From assembly GCA_036007245.1 (NCBI GenBank), contig DASYOY010000059.1:221-64220 (forward strand): a DNA stretch of 64,000 nt. The letters are read 5' to 3'. The notes below the pieces were generated by a model. The model had not been told where the DNA came from. It ran no database searches and worked only from the letters and a program-made list of their open reading frames with translations. The DNA is from Actinomycetota bacterium (GTDB taxonomy: Bacteria > Actinomycetota > UBA4738 > HRBIN12). Numbering within the stretch: the first letter of the stretch is position 1; every line of letters starts with the position of its first letter. Positions 37,843 through 47,491 of this stretch are shown here, in pieces. The position numbers were made by a program, and so were the translations under genes.

Positions 37843-39611
37843 GTCTTCGGGCCGTCGCTCAGCACCTTGGCGGCGGCGATCAGTGTCAGGTGGGTGAACG
37901 CCTGCGGCGTGTTCCCGATCAGCCGCTCGTTCACCTGGTCGTACTCCTCGGAGAAGATCCCCAGGTCGCTCTTCAGCGCGACCAATCGGTCGAACAAGGC
38001 CTCCGCCTCGTCCCGGCGGCCGATCATCGCGAGGTCGATCACCAGCCAGAAGCTGCACGCGAGGAACGCGCCCTCGCCCGGCGGCAGTCCGTCGGCCGCG
38101 CTCTCGTCGGGGATGTAGCGCATCACGAAGCCGTCCTTGACGAGCTCGCGTTGGATCGCCTCGACCGTCCCGATCACGCGAGGATCCTCCGGCGGGAGGA
38201 ACCCGACCTGCGGGATCAACAGCAGCGACGCGTCGAGCTGCTCCGACCCGTAGTACTGCGTGAACGTGTTGCGCTTCTCGTCGTAGCCCTCGCGGCAGAT
38301 CTCCTCGTGCATCGCGGTTGCGAGCTTCGTCAGCTCATCGACCTCGTGCTCGAGCTCCATCTCCTGGGCGAACTTGAGGACGCGGTCGACCGCGACCCAC
38401 GCCATCACTTTGGAGTGCACGAACTGCTTGCGGCCGCCGCGAACCTCCCAGACCCCGTCGTCGGGATCTTGCCAGTGCTCGGCGAGCCACTTGACCACCT
38501 GGCGCCCGACGGTCTTCGCACGCTGGACCTGTGGCATGCCGAGCTCATGCGCACGGTAGATCGCGTCGATGAGCTCGCCGTACACGTCGAGCTGCAGCTG
38601 TCCCGACGCGGCGTTGCCGACACGCACGGGCGCGGAGCCTTCGTAGCCCTCGAGGTGCGGCAGCTCGTACTCATCGAGCCGCCGCTCGCCGCCGAGCCCG
38701 TACATGATCTGGATGTCCTCGGGATCACCGGCGACCGCGCGTACGACCCAGTTTCGCCAACTCGTCGCTTCCTCGACGTACCCGGCGGTCATCAGCGCGT
38801 CCAGGGTCAGCGCCGCATCACGGAGCCAGCAGAACCGATAGTCCCAGTTGCGCACGCCCCCGAGGAACTCCGGCAACGACGTGGTCGCGGCGGCAACGAT
38901 GCCGCCCGTCGGCTCGAACGTGAGCGCCTTCAAGGTGATCAAGGACCGCTCGACCTCGTCGGCCCAACGACCGTCGTAGGTGGATCGTTTCGCCCACGCC
39001 CGCCACCAGTCGTCGGTCTGCTCGACGACGGCGAAGGGATCGACCGGCTCGTGCACCTCTTCCCACGAGGGATGCGAGCTCAGGACGAATCCGATCCGCT
39101 CGCCCTCGCGCACCGAGAAGTCGGCGGTGACGTGGAAGTCGTGCGCGCGAAGCGGCACGTGCCCGCGCAGCTCGACCGCGTTCGGCCCTGCGCCCGCCTC
39201 GACCGCTTCACCCACCTTGTGGATCCACGGCTTCGTCTGGCCGTAGTCGAACCGTGGCGACATGAACAGCTCCATCGACACGGTGCCCCGGATCCCCTCG
39301 ACCACGCGCACCACGCGCGGGTGCGTGCTGTTCAACGGCATGCAGTTGGTGACCCGCGCGACGCCTTCGGCCGTTTCGAAGTCCGTCTCCAAGACGAGCG
39401 AGTGCGGCCGGTACCGCCGGCTCGAACCGATCACTCTGCCCGCCGGCGCGATCCGCCACGTGCCGTTGTGCTCGGTACCCAGGAGCGCCGCGAACGTCGC
39501 GCTCGAATCGAACCGCGGCAGACAGAGCCAGTCGATCGATCCGTCAGAACCGACCAGCGCCGCGGTGCGCAGGTCGCCGATGATGCCGTAATCCTCGATA
39601 GGCAGCGCCAT
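37839..39611 (-). CDS. glycoside hydrolase family 15 protein (glucoamylase/glucodextranase/trehalase-like)
   Basis: The N-terminus is MALPIEDYGIIGDLRTAALVGSDGSIDWLCLPRFDS and the (alpha/alpha)6 domain has GH15 motifs. Confidence 0.85.
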   Translation of the reverse strand: MALPIEDYGIIGDLRTAALVGSDGSIDWLCLPRFDSSATFAALLGTEHNGTWRIAPAGRVIGSSRRYRPHSLVLETDFETAEGVARVTNCMPLNSTHPRVVRVVEGIRGTVSMELFMSPRFDYGQTKPWIHKVGEAVEAGAGPNAVELRGHVPLRAHDFHVTADFSVREGERIGFVLSSHPSWEEVHEPVDPFAVVEQTDDWWRAWAKRSTYDGRWADEVERSLITLKALTFEPTGGIVAAATTSLPEFLGGVRNWDYRFCWLRDAALTLDALMTAGYVEEATSWRNWVVRAVAGDPEDIQIMYGLGGERRLDEYELPHLEGYEGSAPVRVGNAASGQLQLDVYGELIDAIYRAHELGMPQVQRAKTVGRQVVKWLAEHWQDPDDGVWEVRGGRKQFVHSKVMAWVAVDRVLKFAQEMELEHEVDELTKLATAMHEEICREGYDEKRNTFTQYYGSEQLDASLLLIPQVGFLPPEDPRVIGTVEAIQRELVKDGFVMRYIPDESAADGLPPGEGAFLACSFWLVIDLAMIGRRDEAEALFDRLVALKSDLGIFSEEYDQVNERLIGNTPQAFTHLTLIAAAKVLSDGPKT

Positions 39612-39921
39612 AGGATCCCCCCCGGTGCCCTGTATGCCCCGAACGTAATACGGGTTGCGAGTTTTGGCATCCGGACGTCGAGGTCGGACGCAGCACGGAG
39701 CCGGGTTCCGGTCACCGAACCGTTGTTCTCTAGCGCCGTCGTCAGGCAACACCTTTTCATCTGAGCGCTCGGCATCATCATCCCGTGTCGCCAAGGCTCG
39801 CGCGCCGTCGGTGATCCGTCGAGACCTCCCTCGAGGATCACCACGATGAACATGCGCTGCATGCCGCGACGGCTCATCCGGTCGTCCGATAGCGTCTGGC
39901 CGATACACGCGGAGGCGAGCG

Positions 39922-40881
39922 ATGCAGGGATCTCCAGAGGTGGCCCCTTCGACCGGGAGCGCGCACAGCAAGGGCATGGTCTGGATCGAGGGCGGATCCT
40001 TCTTGATGGGATCAGATTCCTTCTATCCCGAAGAGCGCCCCGTGCACCGCGTCGAGGTGGACGGCTTCTGGATCGACCGTCATCAGGTCACCGTTGCTGA
40101 GTTCCGGCGATTCGTGACGGCGACCGACTACGTGACCCTCGCGGAGCGGCCGCTGGACCCCGCCATGTATCCCGGCGCCGATCCCGACCTGCTCGTGCCC
40201 GGCGCCCTGGTCTTCCACAAGACGGCCGGTCCGGTCGACCTCAACGACTATCGGAACTGGTGGGCGTACGTGCCGGGGGCATCGTGGCGGCATCCGGAGG
40301 GACCCGGCAGCACGCTCAACGGTCGTGAACGGCACCCCGTCACGCAGGTCGCCTACGAGGATGCCGAGGCCTACGCGACCTGGGCGGGCAAGGAACTCCC
40401 GACCGAGGCGGAGTGGGAGTTCGCGGCGCGAGGCGGCCTCGAGGGAACCGCTTTCACGTGGGGCGATGAACATTTCCCGAAGGGGAAGGCGATGGCCAAC
40501 ACGTGGCAAGGCGAATTCCCGTGGCAGAACGAGCTGCTCGACGGCTACGAGCGCACCGCACCGGTCGAGACGTTTCCGCCGAACGGCTACGGGCTCTACG
40601 ACATGGCGGGCAACGTGTGGGAGTGGACCAGCGACTTCTTCACGCCGACGCACGAAGCGAGCCACCACGGATGCTGCGTCCCTCGGAACCCGCGCACCGA
40701 CGAGATGCATCCGGCCGCGGCCGACGAGACGATCCCGCGGCGCGTGATGAAAGGCGGTTCGCACCTCTGTGCGCCGAACTACTGCCTGCGGTATCGCCCG
40801 GCGGCGCGACAGGGAGAGGCGGTCGATACGTCGACGGGCCACATCGGGTTCCGGTGTATCCGCCGGCAGCCAGCCGCCTGA
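39922..40881 (+). CDS. formylglycine-generating enzyme (FGE-sulfatase/SUMF1) domain protein
   Basis: GSFLMGSD...RPVHRV and GNVWEWT motifs are present. A GGAGG lies 7 nt upstream of the start. Confidence 0.85.
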   Translation: MQGSPEVAPSTGSAHSKGMVWIEGGSFLMGSDSFYPEERPVHRVEVDGFWIDRHQVTVAEFRRFVTATDYVTLAERPLDPAMYPGADPDLLVPGALVFHKTAGPVDLNDYRNWWAYVPGASWRHPEGPGSTLNGRERHPVTQVAYEDAEAYATWAGKELPTEAEWEFAARGGLEGTAFTWGDEHFPKGKAMANTWQGEFPWQNELLDGYERTAPVETFPPNGYGLYDMAGNVWEWTSDFFTPTHEASHHGCCVPRNPRTDEMHPAAADETIPRRVMKGGSHLCAPNYCLRYRPAARQGEAVDTSTGHIGFRCIRRQPAA

Positions 40882-40942
40882 GGCGATTCGCTCGCGCGCA
40901 CGAGAGGCACTAGCGTGTGCGACCCGATGAAGGAGGATCACA

Positions 40943-41191
40943 ATGAGTGACGAGATGCAGTCGGCGGCCGAGAGCGCGGCCGAAGACGCGGTCGTCGAGG
41001 CGGCCGCCGCGGAGGCGCTGCACGAAGATGCCGTCGAGAAGGCCGTCGAGGCGGAGGCCCTCAGGGCAGCTGCGGATCAGCTCGAGGCAGAAGCCGTCGT
41101 CGAAGAGCTCACGGCGGAAGACCTCACGGACGCCTCCGTGGTGGACGCGGAGACAGCGGTGATCCTCTCCGAGGCCGACGAAGAGGACTGA
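40943..41191 (+). CDS. highly acidic Ala/Glu-rich small protein (82 aa)
   Basis: It has a strong Shine-Dalgarno-like sequence (GAAGGAGGA). The composition is low-complexity acidic and no motif is recognised. Confidence 0.5.
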   Translation: MSDEMQSAAESAAEDAVVEAAAAEALHEDAVEKAVEAEALRAAADQLEAEAVVEELTAEDLTDASVVDAETAVILSEADEED

Positions 41192-41217
41192 CCGGACAGC
41201 GCCGGCCGTATCCGACG

Positions 41218-41949
41218 CTACTCAGCCGGCTCGGCGGGCTTCGAACGATCCCGCCGCGGACGCTCGTGCCCAACTTGGCTCACGAGCAGCGCGACGATCG
41301 TCACGAGGTACACCTGGCCGACGAGGGCCTCGGTGACCGCGACCATCCGCGTGAAGTTCGCGTACGGGACGAAATCCCCGTACCCCACGGTGCACAGCGT
41401 GATGAAGCTGTAGTACATGCGGACGATGTTGTTCTGCGCGAGGTTGGTCGGTCCGAACAGGCCGGCGGGATCGAGGGCGCCGATCACCCCGTAGACCGCT
41501 GCGTACCCCAGGCCGAGTAGCAGGTAGATGCAGATCGCTGCGAGCACGGACTGGCCCGTGATGACGGGATGGGCCGCGAAGCGCCGGCCGATGACGAACA
41601 AGCCCGCAAGCACCAGCAACAACGCGGCGAACGCGTCGATCGCGGCGCCGGTCTTCGTGTTGGCGTCGACGATGACGCTGGCGGAGACGGCGATCGCGAT
41701 GAGCACGACGCTCGCGTAATACATCCAGCGGTTCGCACCGGAGGTATGCAGCGCGAACAGGAACGTGCCCGCCAGCACGACCGTGCGGAGCACCGCCATC
41801 AGGTTCTCGCGCCCCTCGGTGGGGACGGCCGCGACGATGAGCGACACCATGATCATCATCAGTAGCAGGCCGTAGCTATCGAGCGCCCAGAACCGCTTCC
41901 GCAGCGCCCACCCGCGACGCGCACCGAAGAACGCACCTTCCTCAGCCAT
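41218..41949 (-). CDS. potassium channel family protein (Ion_trans_2)
   Basis: The selectivity filter TVGYGD is present, flanked by TM helices. Confidence 0.8.
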   Translation of the reverse strand: MAEEGAFFGARRGWALRKRFWALDSYGLLLMMIMVSLIVAAVPTEGRENLMAVLRTVVLAGTFLFALHTSGANRWMYYASVVLIAIAVSASVIVDANTKTGAAIDAFAALLLVLAGLFVIGRRFAAHPVITGQSVLAAICIYLLLGLGYAAVYGVIGALDPAGLFGPTNLAQNNIVRMYYSFITLCTVGYGDFVPYANFTRMVAVTEALVGQVYLVTIVALLVSQVGHERPRRDRSKPAEPAE

Positions 41950-42841
41950 CTCGACCGAACCCTACCCCGCGGGTTGGGGCGCCGGGACCATCGTCCGGGA
42001 CGGGATGTGACCTGCGCCACAGGCTCGCGTTGACGACCGCGGATGCGATCGTGAGCCGCCCGAGCAAGTACAACCAGGCGAGTAGAACGACCGCCGCGCC
42101 GAGGCCACCGTAGAGCTCCGACCGATGCTCGAGTCGGTTCGCGTACCAGACCACGGTGAGCACGTGGAGCACCTCGGTGCCGAGCGCGAACAGGATCGCC
42201 CCCGGCACGAGGGCGCGCACCGGCACGTCGGCGGGATGGGGCAAGGCCCTCGAGGCCGCGAGCCAGACGACCCCGTAGACCACGATCAGCACGAGCCAGA
42301 GCACGATGCCCGGTCGCGGGTGCTGCGCGCGCACCGTGTTGATCGCTCCCGCCGCCACGGCGAGACCTGCCGCCCCGCCGGCGAACCACAGTGCGGCGAC
42401 GGTCGAGCCGCGGAACCGCACGATCGGCATCCGCCACGCCAGCAGGTGGGCCAACCGGATCGCGCGGACGGCGCTCCGGCTCGCGAGCATCAACGCGTAC
42501 AACGCGATCACCAAGATGACGACCAGCGTCGTGGTCGACTCCTTCGAGGCGTCTTGCACGTACTGCGCGGCGACGCCCACGATCCCGAAGCGCTTGGCGA
42601 GATCCTCGGGCGACAGATCGGTGTCCGCGGTGATCCACCCGGCGATAGTGACCGCCACGAGCGCGAACGGGACGAGCCACAGGAACAACCGGAACGCGAC
42701 CGCTCCGGCGAGCAAGCCGCCGGCGACGTCACGGTCTCGTTCGCCGACATCGAACGCAGCATCCAGAGCCGGGATCCTCGATCGGGCGGCGAGAACGGTC
42801 TCCCACGCTCGGGTCGCCCGGTCGCGCGTCCGAGAGATCAC
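41942..42841 (-). CDS. YihY/BrkB family membrane protein
   Basis: The sequence is YihY-like (AGGLLAGAVAFRLFLWLVPF...). The start is uncertain (GTG chosen). Its stop overlaps the K+ channel start by 8 nt. Confidence 0.6.
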   Translation of the reverse strand: MISRTRDRATRAWETVLAARSRIPALDAAFDVGERDRDVAGGLLAGAVAFRLFLWLVPFALVAVTIAGWITADTDLSPEDLAKRFGIVGVAAQYVQDASKESTTTLVVILVIALYALMLASRSAVRAIRLAHLLAWRMPIVRFRGSTVAALWFAGGAAGLAVAAGAINTVRAQHPRPGIVLWLVLIVVYGVVWLAASRALPHPADVPVRALVPGAILFALGTEVLHVLTVVWYANRLEHRSELYGGLGAAVVLLAWLYLLGRLTIASAVVNASLWRRSHPVPDDGPGAPTRGVGFGRDG

Positions 42842-43025
42842 GCTCGGGCGATCACCGGCGGGCGGCTCACCGCCGGCGGGCGTATTCGGTTCGCCTCCGT
42901 CCCCCACCGAGCCTCCGGTCCCGTGCGTGGGCCGACCGTACCGCACCCGCCGGGACCATCGGGCCCGGCGGACCGATGCACCGCAGGGGTATCCTCGCCC
43001 GACACCGCGCCGACTTGGGGGGACC

Positions 43026-44390
43026 ATGTCCGAAACGAGCGATGCCAACCAGCTCCGCGCCGAACGCGACGCACTCGAGAAGCGCGTCGAACAACTCGAG
43101 GACAGGCCGGCCAAGCGCCGCAAGGTCCGGGCCGTCTTCACCGCGATCCTGCTGGTCCTGTCGATCCTCTGCTTCACGATCGCGGTGCCCGGCCTCTGGG
43201 CACGGCGCACCGTGTTCAACACCGACGAGTACGTCAGCACGGTCGCACCGTTGGCGAGCGACCCCGCGGTGCAGGAGTACCTCGCCCGAACGATCACCGA
43301 GGAAGCGTTCACGGCGTTGGACGTGCAGAGCCGGCTCCAGCAGGTCCTGCAAGAGCGAGATGCCCGTCTCGCGTTCCTGGCCGGACCATTGGCCGACGGG
43401 CTCAAGGGTGTCGTGCAGTCTCAGCTGCAGAACCTGTTCGCGAGCGATCAGTTCCAGCAGCTGTGGTCGTCGCTGAACCGCACCGTCCAGGCACAGATCG
43501 TCGCGGTGCTCGCCAACAAGAGCAGCACGTTTCAGATCGTGAACGACGCGGTCGTGCTCAACGTGCTCCCGCTCATCAACCAGGCGCTTCAGTCGATCTC
43601 CGGAACGATCTCCGACCTGATCGGGCATCCGGTGACGCTGCCGACCATCACCGGCGACGAGGTTCCCTCGCAGGCGCTGACCGCGCTGCAGTCCGCGCTC
43701 GGCATCACGCTGCCATCGGACTTCGGCTCGATCGTCCTGTTCCGATCGAGCTCGCTGACCACGATCCAGAACATCGTGCAGCTCGCGCAACGCGCGGTCG
43801 TCCTGCTCGGGCTCCTGTTCCTGTTGTTCGCGGCGATCGCCTTGTGGGTGTCGCCGCACAGGCGCCGGACGCTTCTGCAGCTCTCCGTTGCGGCGCTCGC
43901 CATCATGATCATCGAGCGACGACTGGCGATCTGGCAGTCGGACAGCCTTGTGACCAAGGCGCTTCCCGAGAACCAGGCGGCGGTTCGAGCGGTGGTGGAC
44001 CGAGTCCTAGGCAGTCTCTTGATGTACACCGCGTGGTTCCTCGCGATCGCTGCGATCGTGATCGTGATCGCGCTGATCACCGGCCCGTACCCGTGGGCGG
44101 TCAAGATGCGCGGCTGGGTTGTCGACGTGTGGCGCGCCGGCGTCACCGCGGTTCGAGGTCACGAGTCGACCGAGACCGTGACGTGGATCGCCGCGCACCG
44201 TGACCCGCTGATGGTCGGCGGCGCGATCGTGGCGGCGTTGCTGCTGTTCTTCGGGAACCTGTCGCTGTGGTGGCTCTTGTTCTTCGTGATCGTGATCGGC
44301 GCCTACGAGCTGGTGGTTTACCGGGTCTCGGAGCGTGCGCACGCGATGGATCCGAGCGATCCGGCGACCCCGCCCGCACCCGGGATCTGA
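43026..44390 (+). CDS. hypothetical integral membrane protein (N-terminal coiled-coil/TM, C-terminal multi-TM)
   Basis: It starts at the ATG MSETSD. The track ORF is over-extended upstream. Confidence 0.6.
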   Translation: MSETSDANQLRAERDALEKRVEQLEDRPAKRRKVRAVFTAILLVLSILCFTIAVPGLWARRTVFNTDEYVSTVAPLASDPAVQEYLARTITEEAFTALDVQSRLQQVLQERDARLAFLAGPLADGLKGVVQSQLQNLFASDQFQQLWSSLNRTVQAQIVAVLANKSSTFQIVNDAVVLNVLPLINQALQSISGTISDLIGHPVTLPTITGDEVPSQALTALQSALGITLPSDFGSIVLFRSSSLTTIQNIVQLAQRAVVLLGLLFLLFAAIALWVSPHRRRTLLQLSVAALAIMIIERRLAIWQSDSLVTKALPENQAAVRAVVDRVLGSLLMYTAWFLAIAAIVIVIALITGPYPWAVKMRGWVVDVWRAGVTAVRGHESTETVTWIAAHRDPLMVGGAIVAALLLFFGNLSLWWLLFFVIVIGAYELVVYRVSERAHAMDPSDPATPPAPGI

Positions 44391-44400
44391 ACAACGAACG

Positions 44401-44423
44401 GGGCGGCCCGAAGGGCCGCCCCG
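44401..44423. terminator. perfect 10-bp GC hairpin GGGGCGGCCC-GAA-GGGCCGCCCC between convergent genes
   Basis: I read it directly from the sequence. Confidence 0.45.
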
Positions 44424-44446
44424 AACGTACCGCTGAACCCGGGTCC

Positions 44447-44827
44447 TTACAGCTGCATGGTGGCCTTGCGCTTGAGGTCGTTGTACTCATCTGCTGAGAT
44501 CTCGCCCTTGTCGCGGAGCTCCGCGAGCTTGGCGATCTCGTCAGCCGGCGAGTACCCGGAGACGCGGCGCTGCGCCTCCTGCGCCTGTTCCATCATCTCC
44601 TTGTCCTGCGCGGTCATCTTCGGCCGGGCGATGATGTAGATCAGCGCGCCCAGGAACGGGACGATGAAGATCAGGAAGATCCAGCCTGCCTTCGCCCATC
44701 CCGAGATGTCGTTGCGCCGGAAGATGTCGGCGAAGATGGCGATGAAGATCCAGATCGCCATCACCCAGAAGAACAGGACCACCATGGTCCAGATCACGGA
44801 GCCAAAGCTCCATTCGGTCGCAAGCAT
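44447..44827 (-). CDS. PLDc_N domain membrane protein with a C-terminal SHOCT domain
   Basis: The TM region has the PLDc_N-like motif WIFLIFIVPFLGALIYII. The C-terminal tail AKLAELRDKGEISADEYNDLKRK is a SHOCT domain. A GGGAG lies 8 nt upstream of the start. Confidence 0.7.
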   Translation of the reverse strand: MLATEWSFGSVIWTMVVLFFWVMAIWIFIAIFADIFRRNDISGWAKAGWIFLIFIVPFLGALIYIIARPKMTAQDKEMMEQAQEAQRRVSGYSPADEIAKLAELRDKGEISADEYNDLKRKATMQL

Positions 44828-44941
44828 CGTTGCCACTCCCTTCGACGGTTGCGCGGGAGACTCTATCGGAGGGCACGACGAGCGGAAAGTCGGCCGGGTC
44901 GGCCCGGACGGGGGCCAAGGTGTCCGGCCCGAAGGACGAGA

Positions 44942-44972
44942 GGTCCCGCGAGCTCAGCGAGCCCGCGGGACC
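44942..44972. terminator. 9-bp GC stem hairpin downstream of the HdeD-like gene
   Basis: The stem is GGTCCCGCG...CGCGGGACC. Confidence 0.3.
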
Positions 44973-44984
44973 ATCTCGGTCAGA

Positions 44985-45557
44985 TCACGCGGCGGCGGCC
45001 ATCGCCTTTCCGGCGCGCCGCACCTCGAACGCCATCACGATCTCGCCGATGCCGTGGAACATCGCCATGAAGCCGACCCAGATCAAGATCAGGATCGCGC
45101 GTGGCGGGAAGTACTGCTGTGAGGCCCAGAAGCCCAGCAGCACCTCGATGATCCCGGCGATCAGCCCGAGCCACCAGAGCTCGCTGACCTCCTTCTGCAT
45201 CACCGATCCGATGATGTCGAACGAGCCCTTCAAGATCAGCAGGAACCCGAGGATCGACGCCAGCTCGTAGAACGCGCCGATCGGGTGGATGAAGGCCCAG
45301 ATGCCGCCGATGACGAACAGCGCACCGAGCAGGCCGTGCAGCCATTTCCATCCGACGTCGCGCAGGCCGAGCGCCATGAACTCGTTCACGCCGGCGAAGA
45401 TCAAGACGACGCCCAACAGAACGCCGACCGAGGCGACCGACGTGATGTTGAACCGCAGGACGATCACCGAGATCAGCAGCCACAGGATCCCCGTGACCAG
45501 GAACAACCACCACATGCCCGAGGCTGCCCGGGCACCCATCTTCGAGGAGCTATCCAT
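44985..45557 (-). CDS. HdeD family (DUF308) acid-resistance membrane protein
   Basis: It has repeated GxxxxG TM pairs. The start is at MDSSSK with a GGGGGGA Shine-Dalgarno-like sequence. Confidence 0.7.
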   Translation of the reverse strand: MDSSSKMGARAASGMWWLFLVTGILWLLISVIVLRFNITSVASVGVLLGVVLIFAGVNEFMALGLRDVGWKWLHGLLGALFVIGGIWAFIHPIGAFYELASILGFLLILKGSFDIIGSVMQKEVSELWWLGLIAGIIEVLLGFWASQQYFPPRAILILIWVGFMAMFHGIGEIVMAFEVRRAGKAMAAAA

Positions 45558-45660
45558 CCGTCCCCCCTGCCGGACCGTTCCGTTGCAGTCCGACCTGCGG
45601 ATGCTACCCCTGCAACGACGCTGAACCGGGAGCGAGGCCGGGCGGGACCACGTAGGCTGC

Positions 45661-47475
45661 TTGGAACGCAGAGGGGGCTTTGTGGTTACGCGGCAACACT
45701 TCATCGACGGCACCGCCTATCCGCCGGCGTCCACCGGGCTGCGTGGGAGCCATCCGGGTTCCTTCGAGGTAGCCCACGCACTGCGAGACGGCGAGCGATT
45801 CGACGTCGAGAGCCTCGCCGCCAGCGACGACGTCGATCTGGTCGTCGTCGGCGCGGGGATCAGCGGGCTCGCCGCGGCGTGGTTCTACCGGCGCGAGCAT
45901 CCCGACGCGACGATCCTGTTGCTCGACAACCACGACGACTTCGGCGGGCACGCCAAGCGCAACGAGTTCACCGTCGACGGCCGGTTCCTGCTCGGCTACG
46001 GCGGGAGTGAGGCGCTGCAGTCGCCCGAGGCCCTGTACGGCCCGGAGGCGAAGGGCTTGCTCGCGGCGCTCGGCGTCGACCACCACCGGTTCGAGGAGTA
46101 CTTCGACACCGACCTGTATCCGTCGCTCGGGCTCTCGCGAGGTCAGTTCTTCACGAAGGAGGCGTTCGGCGAGGACAAGCTCGTTGCCGGCGATCCGATG
46201 CGGATGGTGGCCGACGACATCCCGATCGACCGGATGCATGAGCGCTCGGCCGAGGCGTTCATCGCGGATTTCCCCCTGCCCGAGGCGTCGAGACGCGGGT
46301 TGTTGGAGCTCTACACCGCGGACCGAGACCCGCTCCCTGCGCTCGACGAGGATGCCAAGCACGACGCGCTCCTGAGGATCAGCTACCGCGAGTACATCCA
46401 GCGGTACTGGGGGCTCGACGACCTCGCCGCCGACACGTTCCAGGGGCGATCCCTCGACTTCTACGCGATCGGCGTCGACGGGATCACGGCGTTCGACGCG
46501 ATGGAGACCGGCTACCCGGGGTTCGCCGGGATGCGGCTCGCGTCTGATCCACGGGCGCTCGCCGAGATGGAGGAGCCGTATATCTATCACTTCCCTGATG
46601 GGAACTCGTCGATCGCGAGGCTGATCGTCCGCTCGCTGATCCCCGCCGTCGCGCCGGGATCGACGATGGAGGACATCGTGAGCGCGCGGTTCGACTACGG
46701 CGTGCTCGATCGCGCGAACGAACCGGTACGGCTTCGGTTGCGGAGCACGGGCGTCGACGTGGCCAACGACGGCGACGGCGTGCGCGTCGCCTACGTGCGG
46801 GACGGCGAGCTCGCCGGGGTGCGCGCGCGCCACGCGATCCTCGCCGGCTACCACATGATGATCGGGCGGATCCTGCCCGAACTTCCGCGCGATCAGCGGC
46901 GCGCGCTCCGCGGCAACATCAAGGCGCCGCTCTCCTACACCAAGGTCGCGGTGCACAACTGGCGGGCGTGGGTCGCGTGCGGCGTGCACGAGATCACGAA
47001 CCCGATGGGGTTCTTCTCACGGCTGAAGCTCGACTACCCGGTGAGCATCGGCGATTACCGGTTCCCGAGTTCGCCCGACGAGCCGATGGTGCTGCACCTC
47101 GTGCACGTGCCGACGGTGCCGAACCAGGATCTGGCGCGCCGCGAGCAGAACCGACAGGCGCGGCAACTGCTCTACGACACGACCTTCGAGGACTTCGAGT
47201 TCCATGTGCGCGACGAGCTTGGGCGGATGCTCGGCGCCGGCGGCTTCGACCCCGACGCCGACATCGCCGCGATCACCGTGAACCGATGGGGCCACGGCTA
47301 CTCGTACTCAGGCGATCGGCTCCACGCGGCGGATGAGGACGCCCAGCACCCGTACGAACTCGCTCGCACCCGCTGCGGCAACGTCGCGATCGCGAACGCC
47401 GACGCCGGGTGGATGCCCCTCGCCTCAGAGGCGATCGCACAGGCACACCGGGCCGTGACCGAGCTCGCCGACTGA
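45661..47475 (+). CDS. NAD(P)/FAD-dependent oxidoreductase (amine-oxidase/spermidine-dehydrogenase-like)
   Basis: The FAD Rossmann motif DLVVVGAGISGLAAAWFY is present. The start is uncertain (TTG 45661 or GTG 45682). Confidence 0.75.
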   Translation: MERRGGFVVTRQHFIDGTAYPPASTGLRGSHPGSFEVAHALRDGERFDVESLAASDDVDLVVVGAGISGLAAAWFYRREHPDATILLLDNHDDFGGHAKRNEFTVDGRFLLGYGGSEALQSPEALYGPEAKGLLAALGVDHHRFEEYFDTDLYPSLGLSRGQFFTKEAFGEDKLVAGDPMRMVADDIPIDRMHERSAEAFIADFPLPEASRRGLLELYTADRDPLPALDEDAKHDALLRISYREYIQRYWGLDDLAADTFQGRSLDFYAIGVDGITAFDAMETGYPGFAGMRLASDPRALAEMEEPYIYHFPDGNSSIARLIVRSLIPAVAPGSTMEDIVSARFDYGVLDRANEPVRLRLRSTGVDVANDGDGVRVAYVRDGELAGVRARHAILAGYHMMIGRILPELPRDQRRALRGNIKAPLSYTKVAVHNWRAWVACGVHEITNPMGFFSRLKLDYPVSIGDYRFPSSPDEPMVLHLVHVPTVPNQDLARREQNRQARQLLYDTTFEDFEFHVRDELGRMLGAGGFDPDADIAAITVNRWGHGYSYSGDRLHAADEDAQHPYELARTRCGNVAIANADAGWMPLASEAIAQAHRAVTELAD

Positions 47476-47491
47476 GGTCGCGGCCCGGGCC

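Noticed and set aside
39612-39921. A 310-bp lower-GC divergent intergenic region between the GH15 and FGE genes, considered as a possible ncRNA.
   Set aside because: I could see no repeated motif or strong secondary-structure element. It is most simply a shared divergent promoter region.
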